Source: a bacterium (lineage in GTDB: Bacteria > Patescibacteriota > Patescibacteriia > JAACEG01 > JAGUWE01). From it: 64,000 nt of DNA. The stretch covers positions 25,327-89,326 of the forward strand of contig JAZDOD010000008.1 in the NCBI GenBank assembly GCA_043798995.1, written 5' to 3'. A program made the translations under genes and the position numbers. Of this stretch, positions 1-9,574 are shown in pieces; the first letter of the stretch is position 1; every line of letters starts with the position of its first letter. The notes beneath the pieces were generated by a model, which was not told the DNA's origin, did not search any database, and saw only the letters and a program-made list of their open reading frames with translations.

Positions 1-2059
1 TTGCTTCTTTTATAATTTTATCAAAGTGCCACCAGTAATTATTAATCACAAAATAAGCTTCTTTGACGCCGACTAATTTCATGGCTTCAGTCGTAATTTC
101 AGGTGAGGGATTATCATAAACCATTGAAAGATAATAAGTGTAAAGAGGGGAGCTGGTGGGAATAGGATAATAGAATTGATGATAAGTTTCTTTTTCATCA
201 ATTTTTATGGGATAAAAGTTTTTAAAGCCAAATTCGCGGATGGCCGCGGCCGAAACCTGCTGATTGGCCAAAACGATAAAGGGAGATTTTGCTTCTTTGT
301 CAATGTAATGCACGGCTTTGATGTCAGAGGCGGAGAGGCTGTAGCCGGGATTAGTTTGATATTCATCATCTCGGGGATAAGAGAGATAGAAAGAACTGGT
401 TATGAATAAACTTAAAAGAATTAAGAAACTGAATTTATAAATGAAAGATTTATTTTCCAGTTTTTTAACCATCAGGTAGCCGAAATAAAGAAGAATCGGC
501 ACCAGAAAATAAAAACTAATTTCCAAAACTCTCTGGCTGTAGTCACTTTGCTCATAACTGATAACAAAAGCAAAAAAGATAAAAAGCCGCAAAAAAAGAA
601 AATTGATAAAAGTCACCACAAAAGCCAGTAAGAAGCTGGCCAGAAATTTAAGTTTGTCTTTAAAGATATAAAGCGCCAACATTGTCAGAATAAAAACAAA
701 GAAATAAAAATTAATTTTATAAAAATAAGCTAAATCAAAGAGGAAATTGTATTGGTTAATAAAATAAAGACGAAGCCAGCCTAAAACACTGGCAAGATTT
801 GAAGCATTGGTTAACTGTTTGAAAGCCACGGCAAAGCCGCCTTGAATCAAATAATTAAGAAAGAATAAAATCGGCAGCGAGAAGCTTAAAAGAAAAAGAG
901 CGCCGGCCAAAATAATTTTTTTTTTCTTTTGAGGGATATTTTGATTGTCCCGAAAGTAACGCCCCAGATAAAGTAGCAGCGTCAAAAAAGCGGTCGGAAT
1001 ACCGGCTAAAGGATGAATCGCCAAAGAAGTAACCGATAGAATCAAAAGCGGGAAAATTTTAATTTTATTTTTAAGGTAAAGGAGCCCCAAGAAGATGGTA
1101 ATGAGAATATATAAATTAGCCAAATTCTGCGGTGTGGTAAAGGTAAAAGAAGCAAAAGGCCAGGCCAAAAAAGAAAAGGCCAGAAGCGCGCTTATCCTTT
1201 TTTCAAATCCCAGGGCCTGATTAAGAGAATAATAAATCAGAGGCGGCAGAAAAAGAGAAAAGGAGAGCGGGGTCAGGAGTTTGTCCAGTGTAACAAAATC
1301 AGCAGCAAATAATTTAGCCAAGATTACAACCAGCGAATATTGGCCAAGATAAAAAAGATTTTTAGGCAGGATCATGCCTTGCGCTAAAATTTCTTTTTCG
1401 GTGGCCTGATGGATTAAGCTGTCAAAACCAAAACCCAGTTTATAAACGATAATCGCAACTAAACTTGAAAAAAGCCAATGAAAAATAATTAAACCCAAAG
1501 TCAATTTTCTTTGCCGATCCTGCCAGATAATAGTCAAAAGAATAAAAGTGGCCAAAAAATAATAATAAAAGAGTTTAGCTGGCAGCAATTGCCAAGGCGA
1601 ACGGATTGCCTCGGTTGTTGATTGAGCTGAAACAAAGGAAAATAAGCTCAGAATTATTATTAGATAAACCAAAACTAAAATTAAATAGGGCAGAGTCAGG
1701 TGACGGGTCTCTTTTTCTTTAGTTTTTTCTTTTGGTTTTTTTTCTTCACGGCGCTTGGTTAATTTGGCAAGCGCCAAAGGAATTAAAATTAGAATTAAAC
1801 TAATCGCCAAATTATTTAATTTATAAAAGAAATAAACTACGGCGCCTACGAAACTAATTAAAGACAAAACAAAAAAAACGCCAAAGAAATTTTTAAAAAT
1901 TCGTTCTTGATTTGGTAAAAGCCAGTTGCCGGTTTTTTTGCCGCAAATAAAGAGATAAAGCAGGCCGGTTAAAAGGCCAATGACAAAATTGTGCCAAAAC
2001 CAAAGATTGGCTAAAATCAGAATAAGTAAAAGTATGATTTTAAAATTTTTGAAAAGCAT
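1..2059 (-). CDS. Large polytopic membrane protein (CPR hypothetical, possibly GT-C-fold glycosyltransferase-like); 3' end lies beyond the window
   Basis: Not in the ORF track because there is no stop in the window. Manual translation from ATG at 2059 (MLFKNFKIILLLILILANLWFWHNF...GFGFDSLIHQATEKEIL...TTPQNLA...HPLAG...) stays open to the window edge with many TM stretches. Confidence 0.8.
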   Translation of the reverse strand, partial: MLFKNFKIILLLILILANLWFWHNFVIGLLTGLLYLFICGKKTGNWLLPNQERIFKNFFGVFFVLSLISFVGAVVYFFYKLNNLAISLILILIPLALAKLTKRREEKKPKEKTKEKETRHLTLPYLILVLVYLIIILSLFSFVSAQSTTEAIRSPWQLLPAKLFYYYFLATFILLTIIWQDRQRKLTLGLIIFHWLFSSLVAIIVYKLGFGFDSLIHQATEKEILAQGMILPKNLFYLGQYSLVVILAKLFAADFVTLDKLLTPLSFSLFLPPLIYYSLNQALGFEKRISALLAFSFLAWPFASFTFTTPQNLANLYILITIFLGLLYLKNKIKIFPLLILSVTSLAIHPLAGIPTAFLTLLLYLGRYFRDNQNIPQKKKKIILAGALFLLSFSLPILFFLNYLIQGGFAVAFKQLTNASNLASVLGWLRLYFINQYNFLFDLAYFYKINFYFFVFILTMLALYIFKDKLKFLASFLLAFVVTFINFLFLRLFIFFAFVISYEQSDYSQRVLEISFYFLVPILLYFGYLMVKKLENKSFIYKFSFLILLSLFITSSFYLSYPRDDEYQTNPGYSLSASDIKAVHYIDKEAKSPFIVLANQQVSAAAIREFGFKNFYPIKIDEKETYHQFYYPIPTSSPLYTYYLSMVYDNPSPEITTEAMKLVGVKEAYFVINNYWWHFDKIIKEA

Positions 2060-2083
2060 AATATAGTATCATGTAATTAGTTT

Positions 2084-2174
2084 AGCCAAGATTAGCAAAT
2101 TTTCTTCTGTGGAACTCGCCCCGCCTTTGGCGGGGCTCAAACAATCCTCGTGCGAAAATTTGCCAATCTTGGCT
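2084..2174. repeat. Structured dispersed repeat, family A, copy 1
   Basis: Terminal stem agccaagattagcaaattttc / gaaaatttgccaatcttggct encloses the core ttctgtggaactc-[gccccgcctttggcggggc]-tcaaacaatcctcgtgc; homologous to 8552-8638 and 14522-14607. Confidence 0.9.
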
Positions 2175-2212
2175 TCGGCGTCCCTTTTATTCATCATCAT
2201 TTTAACACCCTC

Positions 2213-2241
2213 TTGACAAAGAAGCAACAAGGTGATAAGAT
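2213..2241 (+). promoter_or_regulatory. Sigma70-type promoter of the 2306 gene
   Basis: TTGACA (2213-2218), 17-bp spacer, TG-n-TAAGAT (2236-2241); boxA-like GCTCTTTTT at 2258 and SD AAGGAGGT at 2293-2300. Confidence 0.65.
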
Positions 2242-2305
2242 AAGAAGTTAATAAGGAGCTCTTTTTATTTTAGTACAAACCAATTACAAAACAAGGAGGT
2301 TAAAG

Positions 2306-2926
2306 ATGAGTCAATTAGTTACAAAAAAAAGGAAAGATAAGGAAGAGTTGGAAATGTTATTTTATAATCAGTGGTTAATGCTGAAGAAACGCGGTTGCCC
2401 CAAGCAGATTTTGGAATTTTTTAATAATCAGAAAAACGAGGTTGTTTCCGTTGCCAGCCGGATTTCATTTACCAAAGGCAATCTCCCTATTCTTTTAGTT
2501 CTTCCCCGGACTTCTCTAACTATTCATACTCAGATGACAATGGTGCGAAATGGCAAAATCAAAGGTTATACTATGATTGATCCTGTCGGGGTTTTTGAGA
2601 TGATTAAAACTCCCTCACGGCCATATTATCTTTTTGATGTAGAAAACGGCCGGGAAACCCTTGGCCAAAGCCCTGAAAAAGCCGAAAAGATAATTAAAAA
2701 ACAAAGACGCCTTTGTTCAACAGAAGTAGAAATTATTAACCTGGCTCTCCAAACCAATGTTTTAAAAAGACATTACCTTGACGCTACTGGCTGCCGCTAC
2801 ATTGATGAATCAAAAGTTCCCTATCTAGGCATGATAAAAGATAAACCAATTCTTCACTGGTATCGTTTAAAAAACGGCCATCCTTTCTGGGGTTCGCCTT
2901 CTTGTGGTAAACGTTTAGCACTTTAA
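2306..2926 (+). CDS. DUF5701-like hypothetical protein
   Basis: Motifs PYYLFDVENG, TEVEIINL, GCRY...VPYL...KPILHW...HPFWGSPSC resemble DUF5701; strong SD. Confidence 0.6.
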   Translation: MSQLVTKKRKDKEELEMLFYNQWLMLKKRGCPKQILEFFNNQKNEVVSVASRISFTKGNLPILLVLPRTSLTIHTQMTMVRNGKIKGYTMIDPVGVFEMIKTPSRPYYLFDVENGRETLGQSPEKAEKIIKKQRRLCSTEVEIINLALQTNVLKRHYLDATGCRYIDESKVPYLGMIKDKPILHWYRLKNGHPFWGSPSCGKRLAL

Positions 2927-2935
2927 ATATTATTT

Positions 2936-2976
2936 AAAGGGGTAGATTAACCAAATTCTACCCCTTTTCTTTTTTT
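2936..2976 (+). terminator. Intrinsic terminator
   Basis: aaaggggtaga / tctacccctttt hairpin followed by a T-rich run directly after the stop at 2926. Confidence 0.75.
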
Positions 2977-3021
2977 AGTTGTCAAAAGAAGAAATTTAAA
3001 CTAAAATAAAGTAAGGAAATT

Positions 3022-4626
3022 ATGCTTAGCTTAAAGGAAAAATTTAATTTTGATTGGCAATTTTTGGTTTTGGCCGGTTTAGCTATTGTTTTTTTCTTCG
3101 TTTATTCTTATCTGCCTTTGCAAGCGCCCGAAAAGTTTGTTTCGCCGGATGAAACAGCTAATTTTGTCTTTATTAAAACTTTAGCCAAAGAAGGCGTGCC
3201 GCGGATTTATGAGCCGCTTAACCGCGAGGTTGATAATTTGATTCATCCGCGCAGTATCAATGTCTATGGCGATTATTTGGTGCCGGGCAGTTTTTTGGGT
3301 TTAATTTTAATTTACGGACTGCTCGGTAAAATATTCGGTCTTTGCGTTGTTTCTTTTTTGACGCCTCTTCTAGCTATTTTGGCAGCTTTATTTTTTTATT
3401 ACCTGATTAAAAAAATTTTCAGCGCCGATGTTGCTTTTTTTTCCGGCCTTTTTCTACTGATTCACCCCGCTTTTTGGTATTGGACGAGCCGTTCCTTAGC
3501 TAATAATGTTTTATTTGTTTCTTTGGTGATAGGAGGACTCGCGATTTTAACTGTCAGGAAAAAGAAAAATGAATTAACTTTTGCCCTGGGAGGTTTGTTT
3601 TTTGGTTTAGCGGCAATAGTCCGAACTTCGGAAATAGTTTGGCTTGGTTTCATGCTTTTGGCTTTAGCTCTAATTTACCGTAAATATCTTTCCTGGCGCA
3701 GGATTTTTGTTTTTATCTTTTTCTTTGTTTTGGTGATGTTGCCAATTTTTTATTATAATCAAATTCTTTATCAGAGTCCTTTTGCCAGCGGTTATTCACA
3801 GCTTCAGGAAAATCTGCCACCGCCGCGCTTTTTTATTTCCAAAGCCCAAATTAAACATTTCTTTTTCCCCTTTGAAGTGGTGAGTGATAATTTTTTGAAA
3901 AATTTTTTCAATTATTTTGTTTCATTTTTTCTTATTTATTTTATTTTTTTTATTTTAGGGACCTTTCTTTTTATTTGGCGGTTAAAAAAAGAAAAACGGC
4001 CGCAGAAAATTTATTTCATTTTTTTTCTTATAATTTCGGTGTATTTAATAATATATTATGGCAGTTGGAATTTTCATGACAATTTAGATCCTGCTAAAGT
4101 TACGATTGGCACTTCTTATGTCCGTTATTGGCTGCCTGTCTATATTTTTTCTCTGCCCTTTGTGAGCTTGATTTTTTTAGCTTTTTTAGATATTTTTAAA
4201 AAGAAGTATTTAAAGTTGCTTATCGGCGGCTTAGCCATTTTAATTTTATTTGTTTATTCAGTCAATTTGGTTTTTTCCAATGAGGAGGGTTTATTGAGAA
4301 TCAAAGAGAATCTTTGGGATTATCAGGAAAAATCCAAAACTATCCAACGGCTAACCGAATCTAACGCGGTTATCGTAGCTGATCGCAACGATAAGACAGT
4401 TTTTCCCGAGCGAAGAGCGGTAAGTTGTTTGATTGCCGATTGCCCGAAATTTAAATCTTTAGGCAAGTTGATTGAACGCACCCCGGTTTATTATTACCCC
4501 AGCTCTCTCAATTTTAAAGCCGGGGAATTTAACAAAAATGTTTTAATAAAATACGGACTAGAGATTGATGAGGGCAGGGCGGTGAAAGAGAAAGAGAAAA
4601 TTTATAAATTTAGAATTAAGAATTAA
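3022..4626 (+). CDS. Glycosyltransferase family 39 / ArnT-like (GT-C) membrane protein
   Basis: 534 aa, ~13 TM segments, acidic PDE motif in the first loop (SPDETAN), R-x-x-E after a TM segment (IVRTSE), YVRYWLP motif. Confidence 0.7.
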   Translation: MLSLKEKFNFDWQFLVLAGLAIVFFFVYSYLPLQAPEKFVSPDETANFVFIKTLAKEGVPRIYEPLNREVDNLIHPRSINVYGDYLVPGSFLGLILIYGLLGKIFGLCVVSFLTPLLAILAALFFYYLIKKIFSADVAFFSGLFLLIHPAFWYWTSRSLANNVLFVSLVIGGLAILTVRKKKNELTFALGGLFFGLAAIVRTSEIVWLGFMLLALALIYRKYLSWRRIFVFIFFFVLVMLPIFYYNQILYQSPFASGYSQLQENLPPPRFFISKAQIKHFFFPFEVVSDNFLKNFFNYFVSFFLIYFIFFILGTFLFIWRLKKEKRPQKIYFIFFLIISVYLIIYYGSWNFHDNLDPAKVTIGTSYVRYWLPVYIFSLPFVSLIFLAFLDIFKKKYLKLLIGGLAILILFVYSVNLVFSNEEGLLRIKENLWDYQEKSKTIQRLTESNAVIVADRNDKTVFPERRAVSCLIADCPKFKSLGKLIERTPVYYYPSSLNFKAGEFNKNVLIKYGLEIDEGRAVKEKEKIYKFRIKN

Positions 4627-4647
4627 GATTTATGATTTAAGAATTTT

Positions 4648-5250
4648 ATGGATAAAGATAATTTAAAAAGATGGCATAAGCGAATCAGGATAATTTTAAT
4701 TATTATTCCAATTTTAACTTTCATTTGGCTGGTCAACAAAAACCTTGTTCCTTCGGGAAAACTCTCGGCAAATTATAATTTACAAGAACTTTCTCCTTAT
4801 ATTAGTCGGCTTTATCCGGCTGGACGAGTTTTGGGCGTTGAACAAAGTAAAAACGGCGATTATTATCAGTCAATTGTCATTGACCCGGTTTATTTTAAAG
4901 TTTATTTGCCAGTAAGTTTTGAGCGTGCTAAAATTATTTTAAAATTTCAAACGAATAAAGTTAATAATTTACGCCTTGGCTATCAAATCGGCCCTGACTT
5001 TCAATATTATTTTAAAAATGTTGTGCCGATTAAAAGAGAAGGCGGGTGGCTGATGTCCGAGGTTGATTTTAATTTAGCCAACGCTTATATTAAAGATAAT
5101 AAACTAAAATTTGCCATCTCCTCGCCCCGGCTTGATGAAACTGAAGGAGAGATTAAAATTAATTCAATTCAAGTGGTTTTAGAAAAAGAACCATTAACAA
5201 TAAAAGATGTGCTAATGTTGATTAAAAAGTTTGTTAAAAAGATTTTGTAA
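4648..5250 (+). CDS. Hypothetical membrane-anchored protein
   Basis: 200-aa ORF with an N-terminal TM segment, co-oriented within the operon. Confidence 0.7.
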   Translation: MDKDNLKRWHKRIRIILIIIPILTFIWLVNKNLVPSGKLSANYNLQELSPYISRLYPAGRVLGVEQSKNGDYYQSIVIDPVYFKVYLPVSFERAKIILKFQTNKVNNLRLGYQIGPDFQYYFKNVVPIKREGGWLMSEVDFNLANAYIKDNKLKFAISSPRLDETEGEIKINSIQVVLEKEPLTIKDVLMLIKKFVKKIL

Positions 5251-5254
5251 ACTT

Positions 5255-5473
5255 ATGTTTTTCAAAAATTCGGAACAAAAAAAATCAATTAATAAATTTA
5301 TTTTAGAAGTTATTGACGATATTTTTAAAATTTCGGTGGTTACGTTTTTGATTTTTGCTTTGTTTGAACTTTGGCGGCCGGGTTTTGCGGTTAATTATCT
5401 TAATATGAATATGCTTTTAGGATTAGTTTTGGCAAGCGGGATAGTGAGTTTGCTTTTTAATATAAATGATTAG
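5255..5473 (+). CDS. Small two-TM membrane protein
   Basis: ATG at 5255 just after the upstream stop; two hydrophobic helices around ELWRPGFAVNY. Confidence 0.65.
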   Translation: MFFKNSEQKKSINKFILEVIDDIFKISVVTFLIFALFELWRPGFAVNYLNMNMLLGLVLASGIVSLLFNIND

Positions 5474-5507
5474 TTTATATATTTTATTTAAAATAAATTA
5501 GATTTTT

Positions 5508-5843
5508 ATGAAAAAGACTAAATTAATCTTGGGAATTTTTGTTGCGTTATTTCTTGTTTCATTTATTATAGCTTATTGTTTTAATTCGCTCGGTTTTTTA
5601 GGGCTGTGTAGGGTTGGTTATAAAATTGGTCAAGGAATGGGATTGCGTTTTTGTTATAAGCCAACTGGTTTTGATGGAAGACCTTGCGATAGAAAAACTG
5701 ATTGTGGTGGAGGCGAATGCTTTTTAGTTGATCAAAATAGATTAACGGGAAGGGGGATCTGTAATGATTTACCCTATGGTTGCCATACACGAATAAACGA
5801 AAAAGGTAATTTTAACGCAGGAGAAATCCTTTGTATTGATTAA
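5508..5843 (+). CDS. Secreted Cys-rich small protein
   Basis: N-terminal signal/TM segment; Cys-rich PTGFDGRPCDRKTDCGGGEC...GIC...YGC...LCID. Confidence 0.7.
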   Translation: MKKTKLILGIFVALFLVSFIIAYCFNSLGFLGLCRVGYKIGQGMGLRFCYKPTGFDGRPCDRKTDCGGGECFLVDQNRLTGRGICNDLPYGCHTRINEKGNFNAGEILCID

Positions 5844-5877
5844 TAAAAAATTTTTACAAAGGTAAATTTTTTTGATT

Positions 5878-6330
5878 ATGATCAATGGAGTAAAAATTAT
5901 TGAGCTTAAAAAGAAGGAGGACGCCAGGGGGTGGTTAGCTGAGATTTACAGAAAAGACGAGATTAATTATCAGCCGGTGATGAGCTATGTAAGCGTGACC
6001 AAGCCGGGTGTTATTCGCGGGCCGCATGAACACAAAAAACAAGCTGATTTTTTTGTTTTTTTAGGGTCGGGCAAATTTCGTCTTTATCTTTGGGATAATA
6101 GGCCAGATTCTCTAACTTATCAAAAACAAGAAATTGTTGAAGCCGGCGAAGATAATCCAATGGCTGTTTTAGTTCCGGCCGGCGTGGTTCATGGCTACAA
6201 ATGCATTTCCGAAATCCCAGGCTGGTGCATTAATTTGCCGGATAAGCTTTATAAAGGCGAAGATAAAAAAGAAGAGGTTGATGAGATAAGATGGGAAAAC
6301 GATCCCAATTCGCCATTTAAGATAGAGTAG
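5878..6330 (+). CDS. rmlC: dTDP-4-dehydrorhamnose 3,5-epimerase family (cupin)
   Basis: DARGWLAE, GVIRGPHEH, VPAGVVHGY; rml context. Confidence 0.85.
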   Translation: MINGVKIIELKKKEDARGWLAEIYRKDEINYQPVMSYVSVTKPGVIRGPHEHKKQADFFVFLGSGKFRLYLWDNRPDSLTYQKQEIVEAGEDNPMAVLVPAGVVHGYKCISEIPGWCINLPDKLYKGEDKKEEVDEIRWENDPNSPFKIE

Positions 6331-6343
6331 ATTTCATTTAATT

Positions 6344-6455
6344 AAGTCAAAGGTCAAAATTCAAAAGTCAAAAATTCAAGTCAAAAGTTAAAAGTTTTTA
6401 AATTAATTTTGCATTTTGAATTGTCATTTTGCATTTTGATTTTTGCATTTTGAAT
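6344..6455. repeat. Divergent heptamer arrays (tcaaaag-like, then ttttgca-like) forming an imperfect long hairpin
   Basis: aagtcaaaggtcaaaattcaaaagtcaaaaattcaagtcaaaagttaaaag followed by ttttgcattttgaattgtcattttgcattttgatttttgcattttgaatt. Confidence 0.75.
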
Positions 6456-6460
6456 TTTTT

Positions 6461-6856
6461 ATGGATTGTATTTTTTGTAAAATTATTGCCGGAGAAATTC
6501 CAAGCCACAAAGTTTACGAAGACGACAATTATTTTGCTTTTTTGGATATCAGGCCGTTAAATCCGGGGCATACTTTAGTGGTGCCAAAAAAACATTATCG
6601 CTGGGTTTGGGACGCGGAAGACATTGGCGGCTATTATCAGGTGGTGCAGAAGATTGCCAAGACCCTGAGAAAAGTTTTTGCGACTGAATATATTGTTTCT
6701 TTGGTTTTTGGCGAAGAAGTGCCGCATGCCCATGTCTGGTTGGTGCCAAGATTACCCGATGACGGTCATGGCGGCGCGATTAAATTAGATAGTATTAAAG
6801 AAATAAGCAAAGAAGAAATGGCCGAAATCGCGGTAAAAATAAAGAACAATTTGTAA
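6461..6856 (+). CDS. HIT family nucleotide hydrolase
   Basis: MDCIFCKII start, PGHTLVVPKKH, VPHAHVW (the third His of the HIT triad is replaced by W). Confidence 0.9.
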   Translation: MDCIFCKIIAGEIPSHKVYEDDNYFAFLDIRPLNPGHTLVVPKKHYRWVWDAEDIGGYYQVVQKIAKTLRKVFATEYIVSLVFGEEVPHAHVWLVPRLPDDGHGGAIKLDSIKEISKEEMAEIAVKIKNNL

Positions 6857-6867
6857 ATTTTAAAATT

Positions 6868-7875
6868 ATGAAAATTTTGGTCACTGGCGGAGCAGGTTTT
6901 ATTGGCTCCAACTTCATACACTATATCCTTAAAAAATACCCTGATTACAAAATTATCAATCTGGATTTTTTGACTTACGCCGGCAATTTGGAGAATTTGA
7001 AAGAGGTTGAAAAAAATCCAAATTATCAATTTGTTAAAGGCGATGTGGCTGATAAAAATTTAGTGAATAATTTGGTCAAAGAAATTAATCTTATTGTTCA
7101 TTTTGCTGCCGAATCTCATGTTGACCGTTCTATTATGGACGCTAAGGCCTTTCTTCACACCAATGTTATCGGCACTCACAATTTAATAGAAGCGGCCAAA
7201 AATAACAGCAATATTCGTTTTCATCATATTTCCACCGATGAAGTTTTTGGTTCTCTTGAGCCGAATAATCTGCTTTTCAATGAAAATACGTCCTACAGCC
7301 CTCGCAGTCCTTATGCTGCCTCTAAGGCCGCGGCCGATCATTTAGTCAGAACTTATTATCATACTTACAATCTGCCAATCACAATTTCTAATTGTTCTAA
7401 TAATTATGGGCCTTATCAATTTCCGGAAAAATTAATACCCCTTTTTATTACTAATTTAATAGAAGGAAAGAAAGTTCCGCTTTATGGCGATGGCTTGAAT
7501 ATTCGCGATTGGCTTTTTGTAGAGGATCATTGCGAGGCGATAGATTTGATTATTCATCAAGGAAAAATCGGTGAGACATATTGCATCGGCGGAAACTCTG
7601 AAAAAACCAATAAAGAAATCACTAATAAAATTTTGGAGATTATGGGTAAGTCGGAGGAAATGATTGAATATGTCAAAGATCGTCCGGGCCATGACCGCCG
7701 TTACGCTATTGATTTTTCCAAGATTAAAAAAGAATTGGGTTGGCAGCCGAAAATAGATTTTGAGGAAGGACTAAAAAATACCATTGAGTGGTATAAAGGA
7801 AACGAGTCCTGGTGGCAAGACATTAAATCAGGCGCTTATTTAGAATATTATCAAAAGCAATATCATGAAAGGTAA
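6868..7875 (+). CDS. rmlB: dTDP-glucose 4,6-dehydratase
   Basis: GGAGFIG, HFAAESHVDRS, STDEVFG, YAASK, NNYGPYQFPEK, DRPGHDRRY. Confidence 0.97.
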   Translation: MKILVTGGAGFIGSNFIHYILKKYPDYKIINLDFLTYAGNLENLKEVEKNPNYQFVKGDVADKNLVNNLVKEINLIVHFAAESHVDRSIMDAKAFLHTNVIGTHNLIEAAKNNSNIRFHHISTDEVFGSLEPNNLLFNENTSYSPRSPYAASKAAADHLVRTYYHTYNLPITISNCSNNYGPYQFPEKLIPLFITNLIEGKKVPLYGDGLNIRDWLFVEDHCEAIDLIIHQGKIGETYCIGGNSEKTNKEITNKILEIMGKSEEMIEYVKDRPGHDRRYAIDFSKIKKELGWQPKIDFEEGLKNTIEWYKGNESWWQDIKSGAYLEYYQKQYHER

Positions 7876-8563
7876 GAAAATTTTATTAGGTCTAACCACT
7901 ACGTCGCGTTCTGATTGGCGAAAAAAAATTAAAGAGATAGAATTTTATAATATTAAGGAGATAGCTTTATTCCCAACAGTTTTGTTGCCAGAAGAGAGAA
8001 AAGAATTATATCAATTATTAGAAAAAAGCCCGGTTGAAAAAATTACGCTTGTGCATTTGCGCAGTGATATGGAAATTTGGGAACTTGACTATTTAACAGA
8101 AAGATACAAAACAGAAGTTTTTAATATTCATCCGATTAAAAAGCATCCTTTAAAACATGATTATTCAAAATACGCTGATAAAATTTATATTGAAAATCTA
8201 ACCGAATTACCGCGTATTCCAAATCTTAAAAAATTTGCCGGGCTATGCCTTGATTTCAGCCATTGGGAAGATAAAGCCAGCACTATTGTCGATTACGATA
8301 AAGAAATTCGTTTTCTGATTAAAAAATTTAAAACAGGTTGCTGTCATATTTCAGTGACTAAAAGTTATCTGCAAAAAGATCCAGGTCGGCCGGGGAAGTT
8401 TGAATGTTCATCGCATTGGCTGGATGATTTAAGCGAATTAAATTATATTAAAAAATATTTAGTATTTTTGCCTGAAATAATCAGCATTGAATTAGAAAAC
8501 TCGTTTGTCGAGCAGCTTAAAGCGAAAAAATATTTAGAGAAAATGATAAACAATCAGGGTTAG
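7865..8563 (+). CDS. Hypothetical TIM-barrel (xylose isomerase/AP endonuclease-like) protein
   Basis: Metal-ligand-like motifs FNIH, YIEN, LCLDFSH, CHIS, SIELEN; overlaps the rmlB end. Confidence 0.55.
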   Translation: MKGKKILLGLTTTSRSDWRKKIKEIEFYNIKEIALFPTVLLPEERKELYQLLEKSPVEKITLVHLRSDMEIWELDYLTERYKTEVFNIHPIKKHPLKHDYSKYADKIYIENLTELPRIPNLKKFAGLCLDFSHWEDKASTIVDYDKEIRFLIKKFKTGCCHISVTKSYLQKDPGRPGKFECSSHWLDDLSELNYIKKYLVFLPEIISIELENSFVEQLKAKKYLEKMINNQG

Positions 8564-8638
8564 TAAATTTTCTTCTGCGGAACTCACTCGCTTCGCTCGT
8601 TCAGACAATCCTCGTGCGAAAATTTACTGACCCTGATT
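8552..8638. repeat. Structured dispersed repeat, family A, copy 2
   Basis: Stem aatcagggttagtaaattttc / gaaaatttactgaccctgatt; core ttctgcggaactc-[actcgcttcgctcgt]-tcagacaatcctcgtgc; supplies the stop codon of the 7865 gene. Confidence 0.9.
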
Positions 8639-8657
8639 TAAAAGGCATCAATATTTT

Positions 8658-9506
8658 ATGAAAAAAATTTTAATTATTGGCGCCAAGGGTATGCTGGGTC
8701 AGCAGTTGATTGAAGTTTTTGGCGAGGATAAAAATTATCAAGTTATCGGCTGGGGCAAAGAGGAAATTGATATAACCAATTTTGACCAAATTCGCGAGAA
8801 AATTTCAGCAGAAAGGCCGGACATAATTATTAACTGCGCTGCCTATAATAATGTTGACGGCTGTGAAGAAAATGAGGAGCTAGCCAACTTAATCAATGGC
8901 TACGCGGTTGGTTGTTTAGCTAAAATTTCTCAAGAAATCGGCACTTTACTTATTCATTACAGTAGCGGTTATGTTTTTGACGGTAGTAAAGAAGGTTACA
9001 TTGAAGATGATAAGCCACAGCCAATTTCCAAATATGCCCTTTCAAAATATTTAGGGGAAAAAGAATTAACCAGGGAAAATAAAAAATTTTATTTAATTCG
9101 TACTAACTTACTTTTTGGTCCCGGGGCTTTAACCCCTGGCGCTAAAAAAAGTTTTGTTGATTTGATTTTGGATTTGGCCGAGGTCCGTGATTCTTTTAAA
9201 TTTGTCACCGATGAAATAAGCAACCCAACTTATGTTGTTGATTTAGCAGAGGTAACTAAAAAATTAATTGAAGAAAAATATCCTTTTGGTATTTATCATT
9301 TAGTTAATGATGGTCAAGCTTCTTGGTATGATTGGGCCAAGGAAATTTTTAGACTTGAGAAGATTGAAAAAAAAATTATACCCATTAAAGCTGAAGAATA
9401 TCCGCGGCCGGCCAAACGGCCAAAAAATTCAGTTTTACTTAATACCAAATTTCCGAAATTGCGAAGTTGGCAGGAGGCTTTAGCTTCCTATTTGCAAAAA
9501 AGATAA
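8658..9506 (+). CDS. rmlD: dTDP-4-dehydrorhamnose reductase
   Basis: GAKGMLG, NCAAYNNVD, YVFDG, YALSK, PAKRP. Confidence 0.95.
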   Translation: MKKILIIGAKGMLGQQLIEVFGEDKNYQVIGWGKEEIDITNFDQIREKISAERPDIIINCAAYNNVDGCEENEELANLINGYAVGCLAKISQEIGTLLIHYSSGYVFDGSKEGYIEDDKPQPISKYALSKYLGEKELTRENKKFYLIRTNLLFGPGALTPGAKKSFVDLILDLAEVRDSFKFVTDEISNPTYVVDLAEVTKKLIEEKYPFGIYHLVNDGQASWYDWAKEIFRLEKIEKKIIPIKAEEYPRPAKRPKNSVLLNTKFPKLRSWQEALASYLQKR

Positions 9507-9574
9507 AATGTGGTAAAAGTAATATATCAGATATTTAGTGAGTTAAGAGTTAAATTTAGTAATTCTTAATTGTT

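Noticed and set aside
176-409. 77-aa plus-strand ORF
   Set aside because: Antisense shadow of the long minus-strand membrane-protein ORF (1-2059).
2306-2926. DUF5701-like protein as a diversity-generating retroelement target
   Set aside because: The C-terminus looks C-type-lectin-like, but I found no template repeat, adenine-variant duplicate or reverse transcriptase in the window.
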